DNA from: Patescibacteria group bacterium
GTDB lineage: Bacteria; Patescibacteriota; Patescibacteriia; 2-01-FULL-39-33
DNA length: 64,000 nucleotides
NCBI GenBank assembly: GCA_041645075.1
Contig: JBAZQS010000001.1
Coordinates: 9,147 to 73,146, forward strand
Reading direction: 5' to 3'
Part shown: in pieces, positions 33,299 through 45,300 of the stretch
Layout: every line of letters begins with the position of its first letter
Numbering within the stretch: position 1 is the first letter of the stretch
Notes under the pieces: generated by a model
What the model was told of the DNA's origin: nothing
What the model saw: only the letters and a program-made list of their open reading frames with translations
Databases searched by the model: none
Made by a program: the position numbers and the translations under genes

Positions 33299-34852
33299 AT
33301 GTCCAGACCAAAGAAAAACTACAACAATTATAATAAAGATAAAAAAGCGGCTAAAACCGAAAATAAGCCCGCTTCGACTTCGCCAAAGCGAGGCGAGCCG
33401 GAAAAACGAAGCCGGAAAAAAGAATTGTCTACCATCACGGGCATGAGAGATATTCTGCCCCAAGACCAGAAGTATTGGGAGGCCGTGAGAAATGTGGCCA
33501 AGGCCATGGCTTTGGCTTACGGCTATGACCAGATTGATACGCCCATTTTGGAATATACGGATTTATTTATTCGGGGCGTGGGCAAGCAGACCGATATCGT
33601 GGAAAAAGAGATGTTCAGCTTTATTGACCAAGGCGGCGATAATTTGTGCCTAAGGCCGGAAGCGACGGCGGCCGTAGTCAGGGCCTATATCCAGCACGGC
33701 ATGCTTAATCAGACGCAGCCGGTTAAGTTTTTTTACCTCGGCCCGATGTTTCGCCACGAAAAGCCGCAATCCGGCCGTTTCCGCCAGCTTTATCAATTTG
33801 GTTTTGAGGCCATTGGCGAGATTAATCCGGCTTTGGACGCCCAGCTTATATTAATGGGCTGGAACTGCCTGAATGAATTGGGCTTAGAGTCGTTAATTCA
33901 GGTCAACAGCATCGGCTGTCCCGAATGCCGCGAAAAATATAAGCAGGAATTGATAAAATATTACAAAAGCAAGAGTAAATTGCTTTGCGAGAATTGCAAA
34001 AAGCGTTTGGCGAAAAATCCTTTGCGCCTATTGGATTGCAAAGAGGACGGCTGCCGCCAATTGCGCGATGAAGCGCCGCAGATTTTGGATTTTTTGGACG
34101 AGGAATGCAAGGACCATTTTATGAAAGTCGTGGAATATTTGGACGAATTGGATTTGCCCTATGTTTTAAATCCGCATATTGTCCGGGGCTTGGATTATTA
34201 TACTAAAACCATTTTTGAATATTGGGCGGCTGACGATATTGAGGGCAAGAGCGCTTTGGGCGGTGGCGGCCGTTATGACGGCTTGGTGGAAACCCTGGGC
34301 GGACGGGAACAAATTCCGGCCTGCGGTTTGGCCATGGGCATGGACCGGATGGTGGCAAAATTAAGGGAAAAAGAAATTGCCGTGCCCAAGCCCTATAAGC
34401 CGGATATATTTATTGCCCAATTAGGCGAAGCCGCCAAAAAGAAAGCCCTGGTTTTGTATGAAAAATTGCGGAAAATAGAGGGATTGGCCCTGGCCCAGGC
34501 ATTTTATAAAGACAGTTTGAAAAGTCAGCTGGAATTGGCCAATAAATTGGAAGTCAAATTCACTCTGATTTTAGGCCAAAAAGAAATTGGCGACGGCACG
34601 ATTTTGTTCAGGGACATGGAAGGCGGGGTTCAAGAAGTTATTAATTTTAATAAAATAGAAGAAGAATTACAGGCCCGACTGGAAAAATATTATAAAAGTC
34701 GGACGACCATTCTAAGAGAAGCAGAAACAGAAGAATCAGAAAACACGGCAGAAACATTGCCTTTGCCAAAAAGAAGAAAGAGGCATCAAGACATTATTAG
34801 AGAAGAAGAGGAAGATGAAGGAGAAAGGTTGGAAAAAGAACCGGAAGAATAG
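33299..34852 (+). CDS. hisS: Histidine--tRNA ligase with Lys-rich N-terminal and Glu-rich C-terminal extensions
   Basis: Class II HisRS motifs (GMRDILP, CLRPEATAAVVRAY, GGGRYDGL). Appended low-complexity tails. Confidence 0.88.
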   Translation: MSRPKKNYNNYNKDKKAAKTENKPASTSPKRGEPEKRSRKKELSTITGMRDILPQDQKYWEAVRNVAKAMALAYGYDQIDTPILEYTDLFIRGVGKQTDIVEKEMFSFIDQGGDNLCLRPEATAAVVRAYIQHGMLNQTQPVKFFYLGPMFRHEKPQSGRFRQLYQFGFEAIGEINPALDAQLILMGWNCLNELGLESLIQVNSIGCPECREKYKQELIKYYKSKSKLLCENCKKRLAKNPLRLLDCKEDGCRQLRDEAPQILDFLDEECKDHFMKVVEYLDELDLPYVLNPHIVRGLDYYTKTIFEYWAADDIEGKSALGGGGRYDGLVETLGGREQIPACGLAMGMDRMVAKLREKEIAVPKPYKPDIFIAQLGEAAKKKALVLYEKLRKIEGLALAQAFYKDSLKSQLELANKLEVKFTLILGQKEIGDGTILFRDMEGGVQEVINFNKIEEELQARLEKYYKSRTTILREAETEESENTAETLPLPKRRKRHQDIIREEEEDEGERLEKEPEE

Positions 34853-34920
34853 TCGTGTTTGTCAATATTAATTTATTATAACGAGATGGCTATAAAGCCG
34901 TCTTAATTAAAGAAAGCGAG

Positions 34921-35166
34921 GTGAACCAAGTGGTAGAAGTAAAAAGAAAAAAGGGCGAGACCTTTGAGGCCTTAGTCAGGCGGTTTAGCAAAAAAATCCA
35001 GCAGAGCGGGCGATTAATCCAATCCAGAAAGATTAGGTATTATGAAGCGAAGAAAAATAAGACCGCCGTCAGAACCGCCGCGGCCCGTCGGCAAGAGATC
35101 AATGTAAAAAGGGACTATTTGAAAAAAATAGGCAAATTAGTGGAAGAACCGAGAAGTAATCGATAA
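34921..35166 (+). CDS. rpsU: 30S ribosomal protein S21 (GTG start)
   Basis: 81 aa, basic, ...ALVRRFSKKIQQSGRLIQSRKIRYYEAKKNKT... S21-like. Confidence 0.75.
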   Translation: MNQVVEVKRKKGETFEALVRRFSKKIQQSGRLIQSRKIRYYEAKKNKTAVRTAAARRQEINVKRDYLKKIGKLVEEPRSNR

Positions 35167-35201
35167 ATTTTTTAATTTCTCCCCCGAAAAATAAAAAAAT
35201 C

Positions 35202-35660
35202 ATGACCCTGCAGCCGCAAATTGAACAGGATTTTTTAAAGGCCCTTAAAAGAGGGGATAAATCCGTAGTGGACACGCTACGGATGCTTAAGGCCGCCGTC
35301 CAGAACAAAAAAATTGAAAAATTAATGGCCAAGGAAGCGGCCTTGCCTGATGAGGAAATGGTTGGCTTAATCAAATCGGAAATTAAAAAACGGCGGGACT
35401 CGATTGATTCATATCGGCAAGGCAACCGGAACGATTTGGCGGACAAGGAGGAAGCCGAAATAAAAATTTTAGAAAAATATCTGCCCGAGCCATTATCCGA
35501 AGATAAGTTAATTGAGATAATTAAAAATGTTATCGGTGAGTTGGGCGCGGCTGGTCCGGCTGATTTCGGCAAAGTAATGGGCGCGGTGGTGGCTCGGGTT
35601 AAGGGGCGGGCGGATGGACAGGTGGTAGCACGGTTGGTTAAAGAGGAACTTGGGAAATAA
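35202..35660 (+). CDS. GatB/YqeY domain-containing protein
   Basis: 152 aa; C-terminal ...DFGKVMGAVVARVKGRADGQVVARLVKEEL typical of YqeY. Confidence 0.8.
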   Translation: MTLQPQIEQDFLKALKRGDKSVVDTLRMLKAAVQNKKIEKLMAKEAALPDEEMVGLIKSEIKKRRDSIDSYRQGNRNDLADKEEAEIKILEKYLPEPLSEDKLIEIIKNVIGELGAAGPADFGKVMGAVVARVKGRADGQVVARLVKEELGK

Positions 35661-35701
35661 AATTAAAAATTAATCAATCTTTATAAAATAACTTAAAATC
35701 T

Positions 35702-38700
35702 ATGTTCAAGTCACGCCCTTCCCTCATGCAAAGGTCGTCCATCACCAAAATATTATTGGTTGTGTTTTTGGTGATTTTTTTGTTTTTAATTTTGCCGACC
35801 ACGACCTGGGCGCAAAACCTTGATCTTGGCTTGGAAAGCGCTCGGGGCATCGGCTTGGCCGAAACCCCGCTCAAGGTGATTATCGCTCGCATCATCCAGA
35901 TTGTTTTGGGTTTTTTGGGCATCTTGACCGTGATTTTGATTATGTACGCCGGCTTTATTTGGATGACGGCGGGCGGTGACGAAAAAAAAATTGAAACGGC
36001 GAAAAAAATACTTCGTGACGCCATCATCGGCCTGATTATAATTTTGGCCGCCTTTATCATCGTCTCCTTTATTTTGCGCGGCTGGGAGACGGGTGGCGGC
36101 GGCCCCGGCGGTCGCGGCCCCGGCGGCGGTCCTGATCTTTGGGGCCTGGGCCAGGATCCGGTGGAAAGCGTTTATCCGGCCAATAGACAAAGGGATGTGC
36201 CCATTAATACGATGATCGCGGTTACTTTTAAGGAGAAAATCAAGCCGAGCACCATCTGCCAAATAGCGGACACGGCGACCCGATGCAATGGCGAAGCCAT
36301 AAAAAGAGATGCAAGAAACAATCTTAATGTGGAGATTTGTAAATTAACCGCCGGTACAACGGCTTGCGAGACGACCGGTGAATTTAGGAAAGAAGATTTT
36401 GCCGCAACCAAGGTCTATAACAACGATGACTATACTTTCGTTTTCATTACTTATCAAAATGACAACAGGAAATATTTGGGCTTGGAAGACAAGCAGAATC
36501 GTGTTTTTCAGGTGACATTAAATCAAGGGATTATGAAAGCTGACGGCAGTGAGACCGTATTTAAAAATTCTACCAATCGGATGTATCGCTGGAGCTTTAC
36601 CACCAACGGCGAGCTGGATTTGGACCCGCCCGAAGTCCAGAGCACGAACGCGGTTTTAAATCCCGAGAGCATTGATAATGTGAGCGGGATTTGGCCCAGC
36701 CCGGATGAAAGGGCCGACACTTATGTATCGGCTGGCGTGGCGACGCGGACTCAATTGATGTTTACCGTCGGGTCGGGTAGCTTTAATCAGGAAATCGTCG
36801 CTTCCGCGACACCGCCCGCGCCCGTAAGCCCAAATACCACAAACGCCACCCTAAGCGGGACATATAGCGGCATAGGTGATGGCACAGTCACCGTGAATAT
36901 TATTGGCAATGCTGTTTCTGTTGCTTGGCCCGGTGTGACTCAACAGTATACCAGCGCTTATGATAGCGGTCTCAATGTAAATATCGGTCCTTATGGTTTA
37001 AATTTCAGATTAAATGAAGTGGTAGCAGGCAGTAATAGCTGGACTTTTAATGTTGTGGCGCCTAAAACCGGCGATCGGGTGCAATTTTTAGATGATAATA
37101 GAGTAATCAGAACATATACCATAGGCAGGGACACAATAGTTTCAGCCGTGGCCGTGAATGGTGATGGCGGAAGATTAAATACCCTAAAAAATATCGTGAC
37201 GAAAATTTTGACGGATTATGGCACGATTTTTCAACGTTGCGCCGTTGATCCAGATCTGTTGTGTCTGGAAACAAAAACCACCGGTTCAGCGACTAATCGC
37301 TATGCCGTAAAATTTTTAATCCAGAATACCACTGCTATTAGTACTGTGTTTAATGCGGCGGTTACGGCCGGTCAAAATATTTTGGAAAGAATAACGGTTA
37401 ATGGCATCAGAGACGCGTATCGCAATACCAAATTTCAGATTAATTTTAATGAGGCGGTGAATCCCTTGGTGATTGATAAAATTTTAGTTAAATATGATAA
37501 AGATTATAATGTCGCGAATGCCACTGAAGCCGCTAATACCGCCGAGACCTCAATCCTAAATACCGCCACCACAACAAAGATAAAATATAAGATTACTAAT
37601 AAATATCGCACCGTTGAATTAACCGGCAATATTGAATGCGGGGTGAATGCTTGCGGCGATAAAATTTATTGCTGGCCGGTAAATAATAAGATAGACACCA
37701 ATGAAGATGGCACTATAGATGTTCTTAATGATTTTGCTCACAAAGCCACTTATTATGAAGTAGAAACACCGGCGGCTAATTTAAAAAAATGCGGTACGGC
37801 TAATGAGGGCTGGTGCAGGACTTGGGGCGGGACTTGCGCCATAGATGGGCCATGCGGTAAAGCCGTGCCCAATGCTGCCAATCAAATAGTTTATTATCCC
37901 AAATCCATACCAACTTGCGTAGGCGATAATGATTCTTGGTGTGAAGGTAGTTGGGGCGGTACCTGTAATGCGGCCTTGGGCAATAAATGCACCAGAGTGG
38001 TCAGTGGAAATTTAGAAATTTATAAGCCCTCGGACAAACCCGAGGATTGGGGTATTTGCCCAACCGTTAATGCCGGTTGGTGTCTGGCTTGGGGCGGTTC
38101 CTGCCTGGCGAACGCGCCTTGTACCAAAATTTTAGCTTCAAACAAATTTTATTATCCTTCATTAGAAACGCCTTTTAGCAACGGCATGACGGACATGGCC
38201 TTAAATTCTTTTAACGGCAGTTTTAATTATTTTCAAGACCCGACTAATCAGAGATATTATGGCTTGGCCAATGGCCAGGAAAAAAACGCCTATATTTTAA
38301 ATTTAGCCAAGCCCTATTATAATCCCTTGGACCCGAGCGGCAGCGGTTTTGGCGATAATTTTCAGTGGAGTTTCTGGCTCTCGGATAAAATTGACTTGCA
38401 GCCGCCCCTTTTGATGAACATTGACCCGATAAAGGATAAGGAGGTAGATAATTTATTATATAAGCCCAAGCTTAATTTCAATAAGGTAATGAGTTACGGC
38501 ACTTTAAGGGCGGGCTGGCTTTATGGCCAAACCATAGAAGAAAGAAATAAGAGATATATTTTACTGACGCCGTTGAGAAACGGTTGGGCGGTCGGCTATA
38601 ACACTAATAGCAGTAATGATGTTGATCGCCGAGATGGCGAGCCCAAATATACCCACACTTTCGTTGAACATGACAGTCCGTTTTCCGTGCCCGCCAGTTA

Positions 38701-39193
38701 CGCGCCCTTGGCCGGCTCGGGCCTAGAATCCATTACCCAGAATTGCTTTTTGCCGGGTAGCGGGCCGAAAAATGCCGGTAGCGGCGCTTGCGTTTATCAA
38801 AATCAAAATAACCCGGAAGCCACGCTCACCACCGGCTGTGTCACCGATGCTGATATTGCTCTCGCGAATCGGGTAAAATTGCCCAATCCCGCTTCTTATG
38901 CCACGCTTTATTGCGATAGAGATGAAATTAACGGCGCTAAAAAATGCGGTCTTAATGATAACGGCACTAATAATCCCAAAGTATATTGTATGGCTTTTCA
39001 CGCGACTTCTACCAAGCCCGAAGTTAATGGCCGGTCGCAAAAAGGCAGCTGGGTTATCAGCCAAGACCATTCGGCTGTTCTATCCGATTTAACCGATGAT
39101 AATGAGAATATAGGTAAAACCGGCTGTTGTTTTGGCAAATGTTTTGATAATAATGGCACGCTTCTTAATTATAATGATGATATAGCCAAATAG
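35702..39193 (+). CDS. Giant surface protein 1 (1163 aa): signal peptide + helical-hairpin membrane anchor module, Gly-rich linker, Cys-rich tandem repeats
   Basis: The N-terminal ~125 aa are paralogous to the N-terminus of ORF 39303..51581 (YAGF(I/L)WMTAGGDEKKIETAKKI). Three tandem ~40-aa repeats C..N.GWC..WGG(T/S)C...C at DNA 37790-38160. A terminator hairpin at 39228-39252 follows. Confidence 0.8.
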   Translation: MFKSRPSLMQRSSITKILLVVFLVIFLFLILPTTTWAQNLDLGLESARGIGLAETPLKVIIARIIQIVLGFLGILTVILIMYAGFIWMTAGGDEKKIETAKKILRDAIIGLIIILAAFIIVSFILRGWETGGGGPGGRGPGGGPDLWGLGQDPVESVYPANRQRDVPINTMIAVTFKEKIKPSTICQIADTATRCNGEAIKRDARNNLNVEICKLTAGTTACETTGEFRKEDFAATKVYNNDDYTFVFITYQNDNRKYLGLEDKQNRVFQVTLNQGIMKADGSETVFKNSTNRMYRWSFTTNGELDLDPPEVQSTNAVLNPESIDNVSGIWPSPDERADTYVSAGVATRTQLMFTVGSGSFNQEIVASATPPAPVSPNTTNATLSGTYSGIGDGTVTVNIIGNAVSVAWPGVTQQYTSAYDSGLNVNIGPYGLNFRLNEVVAGSNSWTFNVVAPKTGDRVQFLDDNRVIRTYTIGRDTIVSAVAVNGDGGRLNTLKNIVTKILTDYGTIFQRCAVDPDLLCLETKTTGSATNRYAVKFLIQNTTAISTVFNAAVTAGQNILERITVNGIRDAYRNTKFQINFNEAVNPLVIDKILVKYDKDYNVANATEAANTAETSILNTATTTKIKYKITNKYRTVELTGNIECGVNACGDKIYCWPVNNKIDTNEDGTIDVLNDFAHKATYYEVETPAANLKKCGTANEGWCRTWGGTCAIDGPCGKAVPNAANQIVYYPKSIPTCVGDNDSWCEGSWGGTCNAALGNKCTRVVSGNLEIYKPSDKPEDWGICPTVNAGWCLAWGGSCLANAPCTKILASNKFYYPSLETPFSNGMTDMALNSFNGSFNYFQDPTNQRYYGLANGQEKNAYILNLAKPYYNPLDPSGSGFGDNFQWSFWLSDKIDLQPPLLMNIDPIKDKEVDNLLYKPKLNFNKVMSYGTLRAGWLYGQTIEERNKRYILLTPLRNGWAVGYNTNSSNDVDRRDGEPKYTHTFVEHDSPFSVPASYAPLAGSGLESITQNCFLPGSGPKNAGSGACVYQNQNNPEATLTTGCVTDADIALANRVKLPNPASYATLYCDRDEINGAKKCGLNDNGTNNPKVYCMAFHATSTKPEVNGRSQKGSWVISQDHSAVLSDLTDDNENIGKTGCCFGKCFDNNGTLLNYNDDIAK

Positions 39194-39227
39194 GCCATTA
39201 ATTAATATTCTAATAGTGTATTTAAAT

Positions 39228-39252
39228 ACCCTCTCCTCTATTGAGGAGAGGG
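39228..39252 (+). terminator. Terminator hairpin between the two giant genes
   Basis: ccctctcctc-tattg-aggagaggg, followed by SD-like gaggagg and the next ATG. Confidence 0.5.
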
Positions 39253-39302
39253 TAGGGTGAGGAGGATTAAATTTCCTATTCCCATAATTTTCTAAATTCA
39301 CG

Positions 39303-42300
39303 ATGACCGCGATTGTCAAAAAGAAAAAATTCATAGCGTTTGTCCTGATTTTGGTTTTGGCCGGAATTTTTATTCTATTCAATCCGATTTTGGCCCAAGA
39401 CCAATTCGGCTTAAACAGCGCCGCGGGCATCGGCTTGGCGCAAAATGACCTTAAAACCACCATTGTCAATATCGTCAGGATATTTTTGGGATTTTTGGGA
39501 TTGGTGGCCGTGATTTTGATTATTTACGCCGGCTTTTTGTGGATGACGGCGGGCGGTGACGAAAAAAAAATTGAAACGGCAAAAAAAATAATTTTAGGCG
39601 CGGTCATTGGCTTAATTATTATTCTGTCGGCGTTTGCCATTGTTTCTTTTGTTTTAACCAGGTTGGCGCCACCGCCGGCCGAGCCATGCGTGTCCGGGAC
39701 AATCGTTAGTTGCGGACCGCAGGGCTGCGGCAGTAAAATTTGCGTCAATGGGAGTTGGGGCGTTTGTAATATCAACACCTCCGCCTGCGACTTTATTCTT
39801 AATAACAAATTAAGCTACATAAAATATTTCCGCTCCGATAAAATACCGGCGGCCGGAAACACTTTTTCAAATTGGACCAGAAACATCAGTTATAATTTTA
39901 GCGGCGTGGTCGGCGTGCCAAAAATAGATGATTTGTCGGTCGGCGCTTACGCGCGAAATAGAGGCGGCTTCATAACCGATACGCGATTATATAAAGTGGA
40001 GGGCTTTGACGGCACAGTTTTTACCGACTACGGCCCATTTAATCCAAATCAAACCCCCAACGAAGAATTTGACACCCAAATTGCTTGGGACACTTCGGCT
40101 TTGAATTTGCAATCAGAATGGAAAATAAAAACTCATGTTGTGCCAAGCGGTATTGCCACGCCATTTGAGTCGCCGGCTATTAAAACAAAAATTAGAGCGC
40201 CCAACTGCTTCAACGGCATCCAGGACTCACAATCGCCTTATGGCGAAACCGGCATTGATTGCGGCGGCAACCCGGCCAGCCAATATTATTGCGGGGCGTG
40301 CGGGGGAGAAAGTTGCAGCAACGGCGGCGACAGCAGCCAATGTCTTGACGAAAATTGCGCCACCAGCGTCTGCCTGCCAATTAATTGCCTGTGCGCCCAA
40401 AATCCGATTATTGATTGGATTGAGCCCGATAATGGCGCGGCCGGGAATTATGTCACCATCGGCGGCCGCTATTTCGGCAATTTAAAGGGCGCGGTTTATT
40501 TTGGCAATACCCGGGCTAATTTGGAATTAAATCCCGAATGCAACAGCACTTGGACCAGCAACCAGATTATCGTGGAGGTGCCGGCCATCGCGCAAAACAC
40601 TTATCAGGTGACGGTCCAGACCCATCAGGATTTTGGCGGTTTAACCAGCAACAGCAAGGACTTCATTCTTAATAATATTGTCCGGCCCGGCCTTTGTAAT
40701 GTTTATAATTTGGATATTTATACGGATAGAAATGTAAAAATAAACGCCGGCTCGGCGAATCAAACAGGCCAGCTTATCGGCGCGAATTTTCCGACCACCG
40801 GCCTCAAAAATGTTGTCTGGAAATTTCTTCCCACCAACACCACCAGCACCGGTTCCAATTGGGCCATAGATAGAGCCCGCGACTTGGTGCCGGAGAACAA
40901 GAGGGGGATGACCAATTTAAATGTTTATAACGGCGCGCAGTATAGTAATCCGTTTAGATTTTTAGTCAGTCCGGGCGGGATCGGCGACCCCTGCGGTTTT
41001 GCCGATGATTCGCCCGGCATTTGTTCGGCGGCAGAGGTTTGCCAGACCGGCCTGGAATGTAATATTTTGGCTACTCCCACTAAGCCGGCTTGTACTTGCC
41101 AATCAGCCGCCAATTTTTGCAATAATAACGGCCAAGTGGAAGGCACGGAAGAGTGCGACGGCACGGCTTTTAAAGACAATAAAAATCAATGTTCAAATTA
41201 TCCCGGCTTTACCGGCGGCGCGCTATCCTGCAACCGACAATGCCGACCAGACACCTCGCAATGTGTCAGTGTTTCCACCACTAACATACCGGCGGGCATG
41301 GGTATATTCACTTGGTCGTTCAATACGATAATCAGCCCGCCCACGCCGTATAGTTGCGGCTATGACCAATATGGCGCCTGCAGTATAAGCGGCTGCGCCA
41401 CGGGCCAGAGATGCGAGGTTCAGGGCAATAGTGACGAATTTATTGAATTTTATAATCCGACTGGCTACACCGTTAATAATTTCGGCGCCTGGTTATTGGT
41501 TATCAATAAAACAAATACTTCTACCATCTCAAATTTTTTGCCGGCGGGCGCCAGCGCTTCAATTCCGGCCAGGGGCTTTTTTGTTTTGCCGCGAAGCGCT
41601 CAATTTGGCTTGCCGCCCGCTTACTCGGGAGCCGTAACCATTAAATTGGTGCGGTCAGCCAACACGGCTTATGATGATAAAATTACCTATGGCGGTCCCG
41701 GCAAATTGCCCTTAGCCATTGCCCCAACTTCTTTGGGCCGGAAAATTGACGGCCTTGAAAGTAGAAGCATATTTTCCGATCCCCTTGTTTTTACTGATTT
41801 TTCTGTTTTTGCCCGTTCCACTAAAGGCGTCTCTAACAGCGCGGAACCAGCCAAAACAGGCGCTCGTCTACTTATTAATGAAATTTCCGTGGGCATTGAC
41901 CCTTGCACTTGCCGGCCAGCCGCGCTCGCTACCTGCGCCAACGGCCTATTGGATGTGGGCGAGATTTGCGATCGGGTGGGCAATGAGGACGTATTCCAGC
42001 GCGGCACTGGCCTTTGCTCGGATTATAATATCGGCTCAACCGGCCGGTTATCCTGCCGGAATTGCCAGATTGATAAGAGCAGTTGCCAAGGTCCTTTAGT
42101 CGATATCACCCAAGCGGCCATTGGTATGTACACCTGGTCGTTTAATACGATTAGCCAATCGCCATTTCAACGGCCTTATGTGGTGGAGGACTGCAGTCGG
42201 ACAAGAAGTTGTGATGTCGGCGCTAAAATGGCCAGCCCCACCCCCTGGAGCGAAGAATGGAATCAAGTCAAGCACCCCAATTTATATATTCCTCAACCAT

Positions 42301-45300
42301 TGGCTTGCGTGGACGCGGTTATCTCGGCCAGGTTCAGCAATCGTATGAATCCAGCCACCATAAATAATAACACGGTTATTGTTTTAAAATGCGATAATAC
42401 TAACGGCAAAGATTGCCGGAAAGTTAGCGGCGCGGTTGAGGTATATAAAGATAATAACAATTTAGATTATGATATTTTTAAGTTTACGCCGACCGCTGAT
42501 TTGACGCCCAATGCCTGGTATAAAGTGGTTTTAAAGAGCGAAGAAATCAAGGATTATGTTGGTTTAAAATTGGATAATAAAACAACTTTATTAAGTTTAT
42601 CAGAGAGGTATTGCGCCGAAATTACTTATAACGGCGGGATTACCACGGACAAGGATTATTGCTGGAATTTCCAGACCAGGCCAAGTAACGTCAAATGTAA
42701 TCCGGGTTGCGTGGAATGTTCGCCCGACCCAGAGCGATTTCGTTATAGGTTTGAAGCCAAACCATTTAAGGCCAATTTGGACAGCGAGGACAATGTTTGC
42801 TTAATGCTTAATTCTTGGAATTATCTGTGGAATTGGAGCACTGATAAAAGCGATAAAATTTTTGTTTATAATTTGGCAAATCAACCGGTCGCCACGGGCA
42901 TTGCCTTAAAAGAAACGATTTATGATGCGCCCGATAAATTTGCCAAAGTTATTACCCAGTTAGAAGTTAATCCAAACAAAACCGATTATTGCCGCGCCTA
43001 TATTGATTTGACTAATTTGGTGGTGATTGAGGACCAGTCCTGCGACAAGGGCACGACTCAAAGCCCCAGCCCTTGGATTATGTCAGAAGACGCCTGTTTA
43101 AACGGTTTGATTTCGGCGCGCTTTAATTTGCCCGTAGCCGATGAGACGGTTAAATCCTCGGGGAATTTAATTGTGGAAAAATGCGGCGGCGTAAAAGACG
43201 AGGCGCTCGCGGGCGTAGGATGCGAGAGACAGTCAGTTAACTCGGCGCAGATACATATTTTCCCTTACAGCCATCTTCCGCTTAGTGAAAACTTAAGAAA
43301 CTTAATTTTTGAGCAAGGCCTTTCGCCCGCTTTTCCCGAGGGCTTTCTCATTAATCAAAGTGAGAATTTTAATCCCAACACCTGGTATCGGGTGATTCTT
43401 CTTGGTGGCGATAATGGCGTGCGGGCCTCAAAGATAATAACCTTAGCCGATGGCACAGAAAGTGATACCAACGAACCGCAGGGGAAACTCTTAACGCCCA
43501 ACCCCAATACCCGCACCGATTATAATCAAGATGGTGAAGATGATTATATCTGGCTATTTAAGACCGGCAGCCAAATCTGCGAGGTAGATTCAGTTGAAGT
43601 TGCGCCGGCCGATAAATTTATGAAATATACTTACGAAACCCAGGTTTATAATGCTTTTGCCCAGGCCGCGAATTGCAATGTGCTTAATTCCTGTAAATAC
43701 AATTGGCAGTGGCGTTCAGTTATAGAGCCAACCGACAACAGCAACTCGGGCGATAGTATTGCCACCATTAAAAACGAAAAGGATCAGCCGAGTATTTGCG
43801 TGGGCAAGGGCGGTGAGAAAATCGGGCCTACTTTGGTTGACCCAGTCCAACTCGCTTCCGCGGTAGCAGAAGGTGAGACCAATATTAAGGCCATAGAACC
43901 GGGGAAAGACCTCGTTCATCCAAATCAACCGGCTTATGGCGCGAAATGGGATTACGGCCATTTGCAAATCGGTTTTCCTAAGTTACGGATAACGGATTAT
44001 AAACCCAAAGGCAAGATATTATGCACTAATGAGAATATTAAAATTACTTTTAATGAGGATGTCAAAAGCAGTTCAATCCGCGTCACCAATCCAGCTTTAA
44101 GCGCTGATAATATTAAAGTGTATAAATGTGTGGGTGATGGGGTTTGTGTAAAAAAAGGATTAATCGGTTACTGGAATTTTGACGACGGAGATGCAAAAGA
44201 TTCTTCTGGAGCAGGCAATGATGGTATTAAGAAAAATGGGGTAGTTATATCTCCTTATGCAGAGAAAGGGATGGTTGCGATTTTTGACGGGGTGGATGAT
44301 TATATTGAAATACCAAATACAAATACTAGTCCATTAACTGATAAAATAACAGTTTCTGCATGGATATATTTTAATGATTCATCTTTTACAACTCAGCAAT
44401 GGGTGGTGAATCAAGGAAGAGATTATTATGGTTCTGGATGGGGAATATTGTTATATAATGGAGCATTGAGATTCAGTGTTAATACAAATAATGCAGATGA
44501 TGGAAGGGAAATTACTATCGCATCTCCGGTTTCTTCAAGAAGATGGTATTATGTTACGGCTGTTTATGATTCAATTAATGGGGCTAAACTTTATATTGAT
44601 GGTGTTGAGAAAGCAAATGCATCTGCGAAAGGCAAGATTGTCTATAAGTATAATGAAAAAATAACTTTTGGTGTAATGGCATTTTATTCTCCTACGTATT
44701 TCAAATTTAGCGGGATGCTTGATGATGTGAGAATTTATAATCGTGTTTTGAGTGACACCGAGATAAAGGAATTGGCAGGGTCAACGCAACAAAACGCAAC
44801 TTGCTACACTAATGATGATTGCCCCACCTCTCTTGATGATATGCCTTTGAATTTAAAGGTAAATTATCCGGCTTATGTTTACGGTTATTCTTCCGGTGTT
44901 TGGACGCCTGTTTGGACGCCGGAGCTTTCGAAAGAATTGGACTTATCTATTGTCAATGCGCTTGAGCCCAAGGCCAAATATCGAGTGGTGGTAAATGGCG
45001 GTCCGGCCGGCCCGATTGCCTGGAATACAAATCAATTGGGCGATTTGAATTATAATGTCGGCAATGGCCGCGGCGAAGAATGCGAACCCGGGCTCTATCC
45101 TTGGAAGGTTTTATCCGGCTCTTGCGAAAACGCCTTTTACGCGCTCCAGAAATGTGTTTTACCTTATTATTACAATTCGTGTCCCGATCCAGCCAATCCC
45201 AATGATTTAAAAAATTTAATCAAAGAATGCAACCGGGGTGAAGCTTATTGCGACCAAAATTGCCATAATACGGGTAACACCAATATTGCTTCCTGCGGCG

